From positions 21,018,001-21,082,000 of the forward strand of contig OZ024753.1 in NCBI GenBank assembly GCA_964016885.1: DNA of 64,000 bases. The letters run 5' to 3'. The position numbers and the translations under genes are program-made. Under the pieces are notes generated by a model. The model made no database searches and had not been told where the DNA came from. It saw only the letters and a program-made list of their open reading frames with translations. Below, in pieces: positions 1-12,779 of the stretch. Numbering within the stretch: position 1 is the stretch's first letter; every line of letters begins with the position of its first letter. The DNA comes from Eledone cirrhosa. Taxonomy: Eukaryota.

Positions 1-130
1 CCAGCTGTAGAAATCAAGCCAAAATCAGTTCCCGTATGAGCAAGACAAGGTCACCCGACCTGGCATTGCCCACAACAGGACAACCCATCCAACCTATGCT
101 AGTATGGATGTAAAACGTTGATGATGATGA
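1..130 (+). mobile_element. RTE LINE 3' UTR tail (cut by window edge)
   Basis: ccagctgtagaaatcaagcc...aacctatgctagtatgga...(ATG)n matches the 3' tails of the RTE copies ending near 48600 and 16220. Confidence 0.8.
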
Positions 131-253
131 TATATGCGGGTGTCACAAACACATACACACACATACACATATATATTTGAAAAGAGTCAGGATCCCCGAT
201 GGCTGAGCTCCAGCCGTTTCAGCAGCTAGGTCCAAAATCACATATATATATAT

Positions 254-314
254 AGTTTCAGAAGATCCCATTAAGGGTGAAAGCAGCGATTCTTTGCTTA
301 AACTTTAATCTGTT
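254..314 (+). repeat. Short dispersed repeat, possibly a PLE terminal fragment
   Basis: Near-identical reverse-complement copy at 29752-29812; both lie next to (TA)n. Confidence 0.55.
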
Positions 315-352
315 CTTATAATAAATATTTGCTCTACAGGTTTATATATATA

Positions 353-3300
353 TAGCAGAGGTACTGGCGTTGCCCAGTATAACTCTCAATGAAGTAGTTC
401 AAATGAACCGAAAGACTTCCATTAAACACGACTATAGAAGTAACAATTTATAGGTGTTGGCCCTAAAGAGGGCCTTTGAACGTTCACTTTGAAATATCTC
501 TGCGGCGGTGCTGCCAGCAAAGATGAATCTGATGGTAACAATTTAAACTTAGTGGTCCTGAAGAGGGCCTTGGATCGTTTACACTTAAAAGTCCCAGCGG
601 CAGAGCTGTCATCAAAGACGACTCCGATTAGAGGTGGTGGCCCTTAAGAAGCCCTTCCCACCACTTTCGTGTGTCGTATTTGCTTTGCTTGTTATTTGAG
701 ATTGTAACCTAGAAAAGCATGTAACAGTCGGTGGCCACAAAAACGGCCTTGGCAAGATCACGCTGGAATGTCAAAAAAATAAATGTGTAAATAAGATGTA
801 GGGAAAAGTAGATTAATTAGGTTAAAACTACGGAACATCGATAGCAAAGCGTAATAGCAACATATAAATGCGGAAAATGGAGACATTGAACATTTATAAC
901 GTATAGCAAAAGCAACCTCAGAGGTGTACGTGGTATTGTCAAAAGGACAAAAATAGCACATGGATACAGCAAATGTAAGCACTTGTAAAAAAAAAAAACA
1001 GCGATTGCTTGTTGGCAGATGGGGTGCTTACAAAACTTCCTTATAGACTATATTTTGGGCATTCTAGAGTCTGACCGCAGTCCATTTACATCTTCGGTGA
1101 GACGCCTTTGCTTAGACCTACTTGGATCATTAGATAATCGACCAATCAAAGTTCTTTTCTTGGGAGGCATTGTTTTTAGAAAATTAACCAGGAGAACGAT
1201 AAATAGTGGACAAATAACGTTTAAGTAACCAAATCTAAACACGGATATAAATTGTGAAAAAATGTGATAAATCTATGTGGTCTGAGAAAGTTTTGCAAGA
1301 TTTTGTGTACCAGTCAAATTTCAGGTTTTAAGTTAGGGCAACGCAGCGTATGGACTACCTGTGATAAAGGAAATTAAATAGTGTGGCTACAGTGGTAGGT
1401 ATATAAGTGTCAGTATGCTTGTTCAGTTCGAACATAGCAATATGTAAGTACTAACCATTGAAAGGATACAGGCAAAAATGGCCGAAAAATCACAACATGA
1501 TAAACTGGAACCTTATGACCATAAACACATTAACTAAACCTCCTTTAAGGTGACAAATGTTGAAGAAGCATGCGTTTCAGAAACATGGGGTAGCTTATGA
1601 GAGTATGCATGTAAAAACACCTACCACTTGTCAAAAGCCAAAAAAGAAGTGTGATCCTAGGTCGAAATTGACCGATATAAATAGGAGTGATTTCGCTCAA
1701 TGAACAACACTCGAGTTGTCTGATTGGTTAGATAATACAAATAAAGGTGATGAAATCTACTGAACACAACTCACTGATGTGTGGTTGGCCAGAGGTCGCC
1801 ATTTTGCACTTAATTGAGGTGCAATTAAACGGGGAGACAACCAGGTGCCAAAACTAATCAATCATTCGCACAGTTTAGGCATGAGTGTGAAATAGCACAA
1901 TCCACATACAGTAGGTGTTAAAATTTACACCTGAGTTAAATCACGCTTTCTTGGTTAGGCATGTGAAATGATGCCAAAGTTCAAGGAAAAAAATTTAACC
2001 CCCTTTCCGCACTTAATTGTGGTGCAATTACACGGGTGCAAAATTAAATTCAATCATCCTAAAGTTAACTAAACAAAATAAAGTTAAGTCAGGGGGTTTT
2101 AAAAATTCGCTACTCCATTTGTAGGACATGAGTAACCAATGCGTCAACTTTCGTTTAATTTGACTTTTATTTCCAGAAGTTGAAATGCTTTGCTGTGACC
2201 ATAATATGAACTTTAAAAGTGGTCCAAAGAGGCTCACCGCCTTGCTTAGGGGTTCCCTTGCAAAATTCAAGTGATAACAAATGTGTGGTGCTTTATCTTA
2301 TGGCAGGCAATAACCATTTCGTTTAAACTCCCGAGGTTATGGTGCTTTTTTATTGTGGCAGTTTGAACTTTTATAGGTTAATGAATTGGGCTCATTGTCC
2401 CCGAGGGGGTCTTCTTGCTGAATTAAAATGAAAGTAAATGTGCCTCACTGTTTCTTCATCTGAAGTACATGAATAACAACTAAGTCGAAATTCATTTTAT
2501 TGGACTACCAATTATCGAAGCTATGACGTTTTGCTGCATTACAATAGCCAAATTCAATAAATGACTCACCGGGGCTTACTGCCCCGTGGGGGTTCCCTTG
2601 CTTGTTCTGGGTATAGACAGTATCTTCAACATCATCTTTAGGCAATGGGTAACCAATGTGTCCGGTAAAGTTAAAATCGAACGTAAACTTCAAAAGTTAT
2701 CAGGTACTGATACAGTGCTAATGTAAACTTCAATAGATAAGTCGAAGGGGCTTACTACCCCCCCCCCCCCCCCCGTGGTCCCCTTGATACGTTCAAGTAA
2801 AAGTTCATCTGTTCACCTTCCTTTATAAGCCATGGGTAAGCAATACATCTTGCTTCATGAAAACCAAACACCAACTCAAAGCAGTTATGACGTTTTGTTG
2901 CATTGATGATATCAACTTCAACATTCATCAAGTCGGTTTACTGCCCCCCCCCCCCCCCCCTCCCTGAATTTCAGCGCAAGTGCATGCCTGCAAATTTATT
3001 TGTAGGCCATAAACAAACAAAAGATTAATTTTGGTGAAAATGGGAGGCAAACAGACATTCTGTCACGTCTTCTGGTAAGGATATAATCTACCTGGCTGGT
3101 ATGTTCCCCTGATCTGTAGGTGATCAAGTGATTGTCTCGTTTTTTGAAGTTAGCGTTACAGATAGTTAGGTTATTTGCATCACAGAATTCCAGGATTCTG
3201 GAGCCTTCCTCGTTTCTAGTACCAAACCCATAGCCTCCGTGGATTCCGTCATAGCCGTCACAATGTTGACCAACGTCGCCATTTAGGTCACCAGCAATAA

Positions 3301-3729
3301 TTATATAGTCACTGTCGGTTATATTCACACACACTTAGAAACCCTTTCTATTTAGTAGGATATAGTAATGCTGTATTCGTTTCTTTGACGTCACCAGTTA
3401 TAATTTCATTCAACAACACCACCAGCTCACTCTCTCTCTCTTCCATTCTCCTCCTCTATCTCCTCTCCCTCTCTCTATGTCTCTCTTTCAATCTGTCACA
3501 ACCACTATTTCTTCCTCTTTATCCGTCTCTCCCTGTTTATGAACGAACCTAGAAAACCTCGTATCTCAGGAACCCGTGCTTCGATTTACGCGAAACTTGT
3601 TTTATTCCATTTGTATTCCTATTTCAGGGGCAACTCCCTTTCAAAGTATTTTCCCATTATGCACCCTTTTGGCTGTATTACAATACAGACAAGCAAGCAA
3701 GCAATCACAGACTTTTAGTAATATATAGA
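353..3729 (-). mobile_element. Non-autonomous Helitron-like element, probably composite
   Basis: 3' end on the minus strand: hairpin tactgg-cgttgc-ccagta (362-379) close to a degenerate CTAG, homologous to the clean end at 23546. 5' end TCTATATATTACTAAAAG at about 3729. Internal short palindromes (ggccctaaagagggcc, ttaattgaggtgcaattaa) and diverged ~180 bp repeats at 2500-2960. Confidence 0.55.
3059..3334 (-). pseudogene. RTE LINE APE-endonuclease fragment
   Basis: IIAGDLNG..VG..GGYGFGTRNEEGSRILEFC..TYRSG...SQVDYIL are standard RTE endonuclease motifs. Confidence 0.9.
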
Positions 3730-3774
3730 TAGATAGATAGCAAAAAATCAGCAGTAGAAGTGAAATAATAATGA

Positions 3775-4460
3775 TAATGTTTTCTACTATAGGTACAAAA
3801 CTAGCAATTTGGGAAGAGGGGAAAGTCGGTTAAATCGACCTTAGTGCATTATTGGTACTTTATTTTATTGATCCCATAAGGATGAAAGGCAAAGCTAACC
3901 TCAGCAGGATTTGAACTTAGAATATAAAGGGTCATAACTCTATGCCATAAGGCATATTGTCCAATGCTCTACCGATACTGCCAATCCATTGACTCTGTAA
4001 TGATGAAAGGCAAAGCTAACCTCAATGTAAAAGGCTACAACTATGAACTGCAGAGCAGGATTTGAACTCAGACTGTAAAGAAATGGAACAAATGCTCTAA
4101 TTCTGCCAAATTCCCCGCATGTAAAGGTTTCTAACTTAGATACAAAGCCAGAAATTTTATATATTTTGTTGACCCTGGAGGGATGAATTGCATAGTTGTC
4201 TTCAAAAAGATTTGAACTCAGACAGCTGAGAGCTAGCACAAATACTCCACATCATTTTGTCTTGGGAGCGAATTGGCAGGCACAGAATTCTTTGCTCTCT
4301 GACTTTAAATCCTGCCGAGGTCTACTTTGCTTTTCATTCTTTCAAGGTCAACAAAAATGTACTGTACTTGACTGGTACTTCTTTTATCGATCTTGAATGA
4401 ATGAAAGGCAGATAGCAAAGAACTGAAACAAATATCACAAAGCATTCTATCTGACATTCT
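3775..4460. mobile_element. Cluster of decayed tRNA-derived SINE copies (Nin/Deu-type core)
   Basis: Minus-strand matches to the SINE at 13047 (ggatgaaaggcaaagctaacc, gatttgaact, ccgatactgccaatcc), plus overlapping fragments in both orientations. Confidence 0.75.
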
Positions 4461-5147
4461 AACAATTCGCTGCCTACACACATACACAAACATATATATG
4501 TATATTTATATATACATACATGCATACACATACACCATGTATATTTTCCGACAAACAAGCAAAACTACTCCTACTACCACCACCACTACAGTCACAGCTT
4601 CTACAGCCACAATAATGATGATGAACTGCAGTAGTAGTTGCAGCAGCAACAACGTTAAAATCTCCACCCACCCACCCAACCACCCCAAAAAACCTACCAA
4701 ACAACTAAAACAGCAAAAATAATCAACAATTATATTCAATAAAAAAAATAACTATAAATATAAATAAAAATTGCAACTATAACAACAACAACAATAAGCA
4801 GAGGAACCTAAGAATACACTGACACATAGGGGATAAAATGAGGAAGAGAGAGAGGATAGAGTGAAGGGAGGGAGAAGGCAAAGGAGAGAGAGAGAGTAAA
4901 AGACAAAAGAAGATAAAAATATTCATTATTTTTCTTTGCAAAAGAAAAAGCGAAAAGAAAGAGAGAAAAAAACAGGATATTGGAAGTGGTGTGTTAATTG
5001 GAAGTGGTTGCTGTCAGAAGGAGCAGAAGATTGTTATACAAAGAATATATTCTACAGATTTAGACTGTCTTTTAATGCCTTCATTTAAATCTTACTGCTA
5101 CAACTATACAGCAACAGTGAATCTTGATTCTTCTGTCTGTTTCTCTG

Positions 5148-5400
5148 CAGGAATGACTGAATGGTTCAGAAGTTCAATTCGTAATCATGAAAACATGGGT
5201 TCAAGCCCAGTGCATGGCATCTTCATCTTTTTATCCTGGTTTATTGATAGGGCAGTGAATTGGCAGAGTCATTAAAACATCGGATAGAATATTTTGTCGT
5301 ATTCATTTCAACACTCTGCTCTCTTAGTTCAAATCCAACCAAGCTCAATTTTGCCTTTCATCCAGTTGAGGTTGATAAAAAAGTACCACTCAAGTACTGG
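5148..5400 (+). mobile_element. Two adjacent old SINE heads
   Basis: A/B-box-like tgactgaatggtt...ggttcaagccc, followed by ggcagtgaattggcagag...agttcaaatcc...gcctttcatcc...aagtacca. Confidence 0.65.
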
Positions 5401-5449
5401 TTTTCCTCTACATCTCTTTCTCACTTCCATTCTCTCACTCTCTAATTTT

Positions 5450-6850
5450 CTGCAACCCGACCTGCAATCAGTGGTTCATGCTCTGGCGAGAATCGGCATC
5501 GAGGTCAACTTGTCCAAGTTACAGGAGATGAATGCCAATTACTGCCTCCGCCTCGGTCAGGAGATCCATTGTTCCCCAGGTGTAGGTGACCACAAAAGAG
5601 GATGTCCTCATCCTCAGGTCACCAATCCTCCCGCTAGCCATCCGTTCCACCATCAGGTCTAGGCTCCAACAGCTCACAACCCTCACGATTAGACTTGGGC
5701 AAGACTGACACCCACCCAGCGCTCTACCTGTTGAGGAACTGCTTTGCCATGCCGAAGATCCTCGACACACTACGTAGCACCCTTTGCTACAGCCACGCAT
5801 CTCTCCTCACTGATCTCGACACTTGTATCCGAGCAGCAGCTGAGGAGATATGCAACACCAGGTTTGACGACCGTGGATGGCAACGGGCTACCTTACCTGT
5901 TAGAAATGGTGGCCTTGGTCTCTGGTCTCACAGGCTTTGCCAGCATTTCTTTCATTGGTAACCTTTTGCAACATCCTCATCAACAGGGTTCTCCAAAACA
6001 CAATAGAACCCACTGGGATTGAGGAACGTGAAGCCGCCTGCAAAACTTGGAACTGGCTCAGACTCTGCTCAGTAAACATTGCTTCTCCTGTTGACGTCAC
6101 CCCCCCCCCCCCCCAGTATATGGAATGCCATCCAGTGCAACATGGCCTTGGACAGACTAGTGCGCCAGCTTCACCAGCACTGCCTCGTATGTTTTTGCTT
6201 GGCCTCGCAACTCCACAGTGGTGTCTGGCTCAATGCTTTAGCCTCCTTCTCTACTGGCATGCAACCAGGCTCAGTTTCCAGATCTGTGAGCCACATAAAT
6301 ACCACTGCAGATCCACCATAGACTCTTTCAGCTTCCACCCATTGTTTTGCCACTTCAGTGTCGGCTGCCTTCCATGCCATGCTGCTCTCAACGAGGTCAT
6401 CAAGCATGGCTTGGATGCTGCAGGCTTCCCCTCCCAGCATGACCCGGCAGGGTTGGAATGAGGTGATAGAAAAGGCCAGATGGCATGGCCATCTTCCCGT
6501 TCCATGTTGTTAAACCCCTCATCTGGGATGCCACATGCAGCGACACATTCTCCAGCAGCAACCTGGTGCACTCTTCGACTAACCCAGGCTCTACTGCACT
6601 TCAAGTCAAGGAGAGTAAACTCTCCAAATATCAGCCACTTTCCGATAAGTTTGTGGTTGAGCCCATGGCAATGGAGACTTCTGGTGTCATTGGCCCTAGG
6701 GCCATCTCCTTGCTCACCCCCATCAGCACAAAGTTGGCTACCCAAAGGTGTGAGCCTTGTGAGCAGGAATGGCTCTTCCAGCGCATCTCCCTCACCATCC
6801 TCTGGGAAATTGCCTTCTCTATTCTGTCCACAGGGCAGCCAGGGCGCGGG
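5450..6850 (+). pseudogene. Decayed CRE-like non-LTR retrotransposon (RT C-terminus plus restriction-like endonuclease)
   Basis: Frameshifted ORFs: ALYLLRNCFAMPK, ATLPVRNGGLGL, HSGVWLNAL, HAALNEVIK, RPDG..WDATCSDT, VEPMAMETSG, WLFQRISLTI. This is the RLE-type R/K-P-D...D signature. Confidence 0.8.
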
Positions 6851-7390
6851 CCCTCATTTGCTCACTGTAGTGAGAGATGGGGAGAGCCGGAGGTAGTGAC
6901 AATGGGAGTTTGGTTCTTTTGTGTTCGGACCTGGTGTATATATGTGTATATAAGAGAGAATGAGTCCATCCTGTTATACATATTTCCAAAACATCAAAAT
7001 CATTGCATAGTAACCTTTTGACATGTTTTCATTAGACTGGTGTTAAGATTTATTGTTTTTCTTTTTGATATGCTACTGTAGTTAAGAACATGGTGGTAGC
7101 AGTTCCACTACCAGTAAGCATATATATATATATAAAAAAAAAGAAATGATCAACAAGTTCCCCTGCCTCATTCACTTACCAAGTGAGGTGGAACTCATCA
7201 AATCAAACCATGGAAACAACTAGTTTCCATTGGTTTTTCCATTGCTGATACTATCTACTGATTGCATTTATTCATCAGGTCTTTGAAATAGTACCACAAA
7301 ATATAATTTGTACATTAAGAGACCAATTGTAAAACTGACTTGTGACTGAAATTAATGACACCACACTGGAATAAAAGCTTATATATATAT

Positions 7391-8225
7391 ATCATCATCA
7401 TTTTACGTCCGCTTTTCCCTGCTTGAAAGGGTTGGATGGGTCCTTTTTCCGCACAGCAACTCTACACCTCTCACGGTCCTTCGTCATCTCCTCGGTGAGT
7501 TTCAGCGATCTGAGATCTGCTCTCACCACCTCCGCCCATGTTTTTCGTGGTCTACTACTGTGATTTCTACTGGGATTTCTTGGCACTTCTTTACCCAGCA
7601 GTCATCCTCTATGCACATTGACATTGCACATCAGAGCTTACTTGCTTCATTTCTCTCCAACCATCGCATATCCTCTGCAGTTGCTGCCCATGTCTCACTA
7701 CCATGCAGCATCGTGCATCTCACACAGGCATCATATAACCGTCCTTTCGTATGCAGGGAGAAACCCTTCTTTGTCAACAGAGGAAGCAGCTCCCTAAACT
7801 TCTTCCAGCCTGTCCTTATTCTAGATACTATAGCTTTGAACCCCCCCCCCCCCTCCTATAGAACCCACCTGCATTGGAAAAATATGTCTATCACTGCGAT
7901 TACTACTGTCAACTTTCCCTGTACATCTACTGCATACATAGTTTTCCCTACCTGTTAGTTTGCCTGCTATCCCACTACATCTCTTGTATATCCAAGATCT
8001 GCATTGCGTACATTTTATGGAATTTATGCCAGTACCTTTCCTACATATTGAACATGGCCATTTCTCTGATGGAATCAGAGTATTGTCCTCTCTTCTACTT
8101 ATCAATACTTTTGTCTTAGCTATGTTCACTCTCAGTCCTCTTGATTCCAACTGCTGTTTCCATAGCCAGAGTTTATTCTCTAGCTCCTCTACTGATTCTG
8201 CTATAAGAACCAGATCATCAGCATA
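7391..8225 (-). pseudogene. 5'-truncated RTE LINE (PHD-like finger group) with internal deletions
   Basis: YADDLVLIAES..KWPCSICRKG..; tail gcggacgtaaaatgatgatg; close to the copy at 58490-60290. Confidence 0.9.
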
Positions 8226-8324
8226 GGGAAGTGTAAAAAGTGTAAAAAGAAAACAGTGCTCAATCAAGAGGAGAGCAAAAATATTATATTATTTATTTAT
8301 GTTCACACACAATACAGACAATAG

Positions 8325-8530
8325 ACCTTCCCTGGTATGGAGAGAAGTGTCACTTCCCTCCAGTTGTCACAATCGGCAAGGTTGCCCTTCTTGGGGATAC
8401 AGACAACCGCTCCGTTTCTCCAGTCTTCTGGGGCTTCACCCATGTTCCACACAAGATTACATAAGTGGCCCATCCACTTGACCATGCTTTCGCCTCCTGA
8501 CTTCAGCATTTCAGCAGAAATGCCATCATT
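8325..8530 (-). pseudogene. RT N-terminal fragment of a different RTE-type LINE
   Basis: DGISAEMLK..PEDWRNGAVVCIPKKGNLADCDNWREVTLLSIPGKV. Confidence 0.85.
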
Positions 8531-8551
8531 GAATATATATATATATATATT

Positions 8552-8585
8552 CAACCCATGCAAGCGTGGAAGATGGATGTTAAAC

Positions 8586-8622
<37 letters not shown>

Positions 8623-8985
8623 CAATGATATTAAATAAATGGAAACTATATTTATTTAATATCATTGAATATTATACTCCAGAAAACTTGTTGAGTGCTT
8701 TGAATCAGTTATAAACATTTATATTTGTTGAATTACCAACAAATTAAATATCCCTTTTGCTTACCCCACTCTCCAGAGCGTGAAATTAATAAACATTCGT
8801 TGTACTGCCTCTCTGTTTTGTCCCTGTTCAAATTTTTCCATTATATATATATATATATATATATGTCTGTTATGTTGGCACCACAAAACATCCAGCCCAC
8901 ACTGTAAAGTGGTTGGTGCTAGGAAGGGCATCTAGTCACAGAAAACCAGCCTACCGTGGAAGATAGACGTTAAACGATGATGATA
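8552..8985 (+). mobile_element. Two short RTE 3'-tip insertions (8552-8620 and 8870-8985)
   Basis: ccatgcaagcgtggaagatggatgttaaac(gat)n and ccacactgtaaagtggttggtgctaggaagggcat...gacgttaaacgatg, each in or near (TA)n. Confidence 0.75.
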
Positions 8986-9779
8986 TATATATATCTTGTA
9001 GTACAAAATGGTATAAATATCCAATGGTTTAAAGCATTCTCTCCATATTTCTCTTATTTTTTATATTTTCCATATTTGCTGCACCATTAATATATCAATT
9101 GTGACTAGTGTCAGTTATTATTATTCTCCAATTATAGATATATCCTTATCTCTCCATATCTCTATAGCAAAACCTACAGTCTCTCTCTTGTAGAATATTA
9201 GAATCAAATTTAAATTTTTTTTTTTTCCATGTTTTCTGTTTTTTCTTCAATTATTACTTTTTTAAGTTAGTGGAAAGAAGAAAATGAAATATATTTATCT
9301 TTCAAGTTATCGGTCTTATAAGTTATCTTATTCTCATCGGAGAATATGTGTGAATTTTGTAGTTGAGAAGTAAATTATAAGTACTAAATAGAAAATAAAG
9401 ACTGAGGCCAATGTTGCTGGTAAGAGATTATAACTCTTACCTTTATTTCTTAACAGGTTGAATCCATTATTCAAAGATTAATTTTTTCACTGGGGATATT
9501 TCCATTCTTTGTTGAGTTTTAACATTTTAAAAATATATTTTTATTTATTTATTTATTTTTTACGAAGCAAGTTCTTAAATGTTGGTCAAAATTTGGCACA
9601 TTTGCATAGATGTGCAAACACACATACACTAATATATATATATGTGTGTATATATAGATTTATTATGGGGAAATAGTGAGTCTTGTTATTCTGGAGTTTC
9701 ACCTGCACATTCACAGGATCATCAACTCATACAGAAACCATTATTACCAGTTTTATTAGATATATCCTTATTGGGCCCT

Positions 9780-9932
9780 TCACGTTCTGAGTTCAAATCC
9801 TGCCGAGGTTAACTTTGCCTTTCATCATTACGAGGTCGATAAATAAATTACCAGCAATGCACTGGGGTTGATTTAATCAACTTTCCCTCTCCCTAAAATT
9901 GCTGGCCTTGTGACTTAATCAGAAACCATTAT
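9780..9932 (+). mobile_element. tRNA-derived SINE, 5'-truncated
   Basis: B-box gagttcaaatcc, core gcctttcatc..gtcgataaataaattaccag, tail gctggccttgtg..gaaaccattatt. Confidence 0.85.
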
Positions 9933-9989
9933 TTTTTTTTTTTCTTGGAGTCTCAGTCATTGATGATATTTAACTGCAAAGTTTGTTCA

Positions 9990-11330
9990 AATAAACATCA
10001 AGCCGTTACCTGCAAACTCAGATGTTCAGGATGTATTGGAGGGTTATTGCTGTTATCAGCAAGCAGGCCTTTTGAAGTGTTCCAAAAAAGGGGCTGGACT
10101 AATGTTCTTTAACCATCCTTGAAAACTCTTTGAGATAGTACCTAGTGCTCCTATAAAACTGGGAATGACCTTGATTTCATGACAGTTCCAAATCCTTTTT
10201 AATCCCCACTTTAAATTCTGATATCGGTTAATTTTCTCCTTCTTATCTTGCACTCTTGTGTCAAAGGTACAGGCTACATTTACAATCAGGCACAATCTCT
10301 TTTCTTAGTCAAAAAACCACCAAGTCAGACCTATTGTGGTCTAATTTTCTTGTCTGTCTGTATCCTTAAATCCCATAGCACCTTCACTTGATCGTTTTCT
10401 CACCAATTCTGGCTTCTGCTCATACCACTTCTCAGAATGTGGTAAATTATTCAGTTTTCATAGATGCCAGTGAATCACCCTGCCTATCACATCATGTCTC
10501 CAGCCTTTATAGTGAGTCTGGGTTAGGTGTTTACACTCGAATATGATGTGCGCCACAGTCTCCTCTCCCTCTCTTCAGATCCTATACAGTGAGCTAGCCT
10601 CCTCCTTGTCAATATGGTGTTTCACCCACTTCATTCTGAGGGCTTGCTCTTGCACAGCCATTAGCATTCATTCTGTAGCTTTTTTAAGGTCTCCTTATTT
10701 TAACCAGTTTGTGGATCTCTGAATTCCGTTTTCTTAAAAAAGGTGCTATGAAGGGATTTTACATGAAGGTTGCTCTTCCTCTTCGTTTTTATTTCCTCCT
10801 TGAACATCCTTGGTCTATTATCTTCTTCTTCAGTACAACTTTGAGCATTGACTCCCTACTGTCAGTCACGTATTTGTGCAGGTTCTTTTTCTCCATCTGA
10901 ACACAGTCCTCTATGCTGATAAGACCTCTTCCACCTTCAGATCTCTTTAAGTAGAGTCTATCGACATCACTCCTCTTGTGGAACATGCTGTAGGTAGTCA
11001 ATAGCTTCCTATCTTCCTATCCATTTCTTTTTGGTTCAGTAACATTCCATTTCAGAATTCCCGCATTGTACCTAATAATAGACACAGCTCCGGAATTTAC
11101 TGCACTTACAACATCCTACTATTTAGGTGTGATTTCAATATGCTCCTTACTCTCCTTATGTATTCAGATCTTATCAATTTCTTTCATTTTAATGATCTTG
11201 ATGTTGCATTCAAAAATTTTGAATTTTCTTTTTTCTTTTGATATAGCGTTTGTTTTCGTCTGTGTTCTGCTCCGTGAGCTTTTCGATTTGTTACTTATAT
11301 TTAATATAGAAGTTGACATCCTTCCTTAAT
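9990..11330 (-). pseudogene. Dong/R4-clade LINE 3' portion, decayed
   Basis: HKRSDVDRLYLKRSEGGRGLISIEDC; RLE region ..KINRYQNLK..VIPSFIGALGTI. Confidence 0.85.
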
Positions 11331-11589
11331 ATTTGAACTAAACATTTTGAGAGAGCTTAGAGATACAACAATAATCATTATCATTATCATGGGATTGGTG
11401 GTGGTCGCGGCGGTGGTATTTGGCTGTTGTAGTTAGTGAACGCAGAGGGGTTTTCTTCCACTTGTAAACATTTTCTTTTTTTAATATAATATTTTAGTTA
11501 TATTCCCAGATATTATGGGTCTCACTTCTTGAAGGTGAGGGCTGATGCCTTCTGTCCTATTTGCAATAAAAATTATTACATCACAAGTG

Positions 11590-12745
11590 TTTTAAATATT
11601 ATTATTATTGTGCTATTTCATTTAACTCAGTTCTCTATTGTCAGGTTCAGGCCTTGAAGCTAGAGCAATAAATGTTTTCATTGTAGAGAGAGAATTTGTC
11701 TGAGAATGTGTTCTGTTCCTAGTAACCCAATCTTCTGTAGCTCATATTTGTTGATCTTCCAGGTAAGGACACTAAGGTACAGGTCTGAGGATTTGGGTAT
11801 TAATCCTAATGCCCCTATTACCACAGGGATAGTGTTTCTGGTCATCCTCCACATGTGGTTGATCTCTAATCCAAGTCTTTGTACTTTGACAGTTTCTCCA
11901 TTGTTTTTATAGATGTATTCTTGTCAGCTGGTACAGAAATATCTATAAGGCTTCAGTCGGATCTGTTTTGTTTTTTATGATATCTGGTGTGTTGGCAGAG
12001 ATTTCTCGGTCAGTTATCACAGACATATCCCACAAGGTGGATATGTTGCCCTTTTCCATGACTGTTTTTGGTTGACGTTCATACCATGTTAGAAGTTTGG
12101 ATGTCATGAGAGCGGTAGAGCATCCAGTGCACATATTTAGCAATGGAATTGTGTCTTTTGATATAGTCAAATTTTGCCAGCTCTGGACACCTGGTGATAA
12201 TATGATCATGTTTATAGCATATTCTGCAGTTCCATCTTTCATTATTTTGTGTCAATAGACCTGAGTGTTTAAAGATTGGTCTTGTGCAGCAACTAAGAGG
12301 CCCTCAGTCTCTACTTTCAAACCAGCACTTCTGAGCCAGGATAGTGAGCCATGCTGATTGTCAGAAAGTCATTCCGGGGATCTACCATGTAGTGGTTTTG
12401 ACTTTTGACCATTCACGGTTTAGTTTCTCTGTTTGGAGTTTCTTTGCTTTGATCTTCACAGTCATAGCTAACTGTGCAACACTCTGTTGTTTATTTTCTA
12501 TGGGTATGTCTTGTTACATGTTCAGTTTTTGCCCCTTATGTTATTGAGTGTAGTTTCTTAATTCGTTCATGCTTGAGTACAGACATAAGGAGTTAATCTC
12601 GGGTGTAGTGGAGATAGCTATCCAATCCAATGGTTTCTGTTTTGTATGCAGCTTCCAGTTGTTGGAGCCCCCTCCCTCTTCTCCTTGAGATATACAGCCT
12701 ATGTACATCGGCTTTAGGGTGATGCATTTTATTTATTTTTTTTTT
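11590..12745 (-). pseudogene. Dong/R4-clade LINE 3' portion with 3' UTR
   Basis: LWDMSVITDREISANTPDII; HPKADV..LY..RRRGG-like region; 3' UTR shared with 60310-60420. Confidence 0.8.
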
Positions 12746-12779
12746 TCTAATTTATCTTGCTTTATGTTCATATGAGTTA

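Noticed and set aside
9419-9460. GT..AG mini-intron-like segment with a ggtaagag/ctcttacc hairpin
   Set aside because: Only 38 nt, with no flanking open exons; likely chance.
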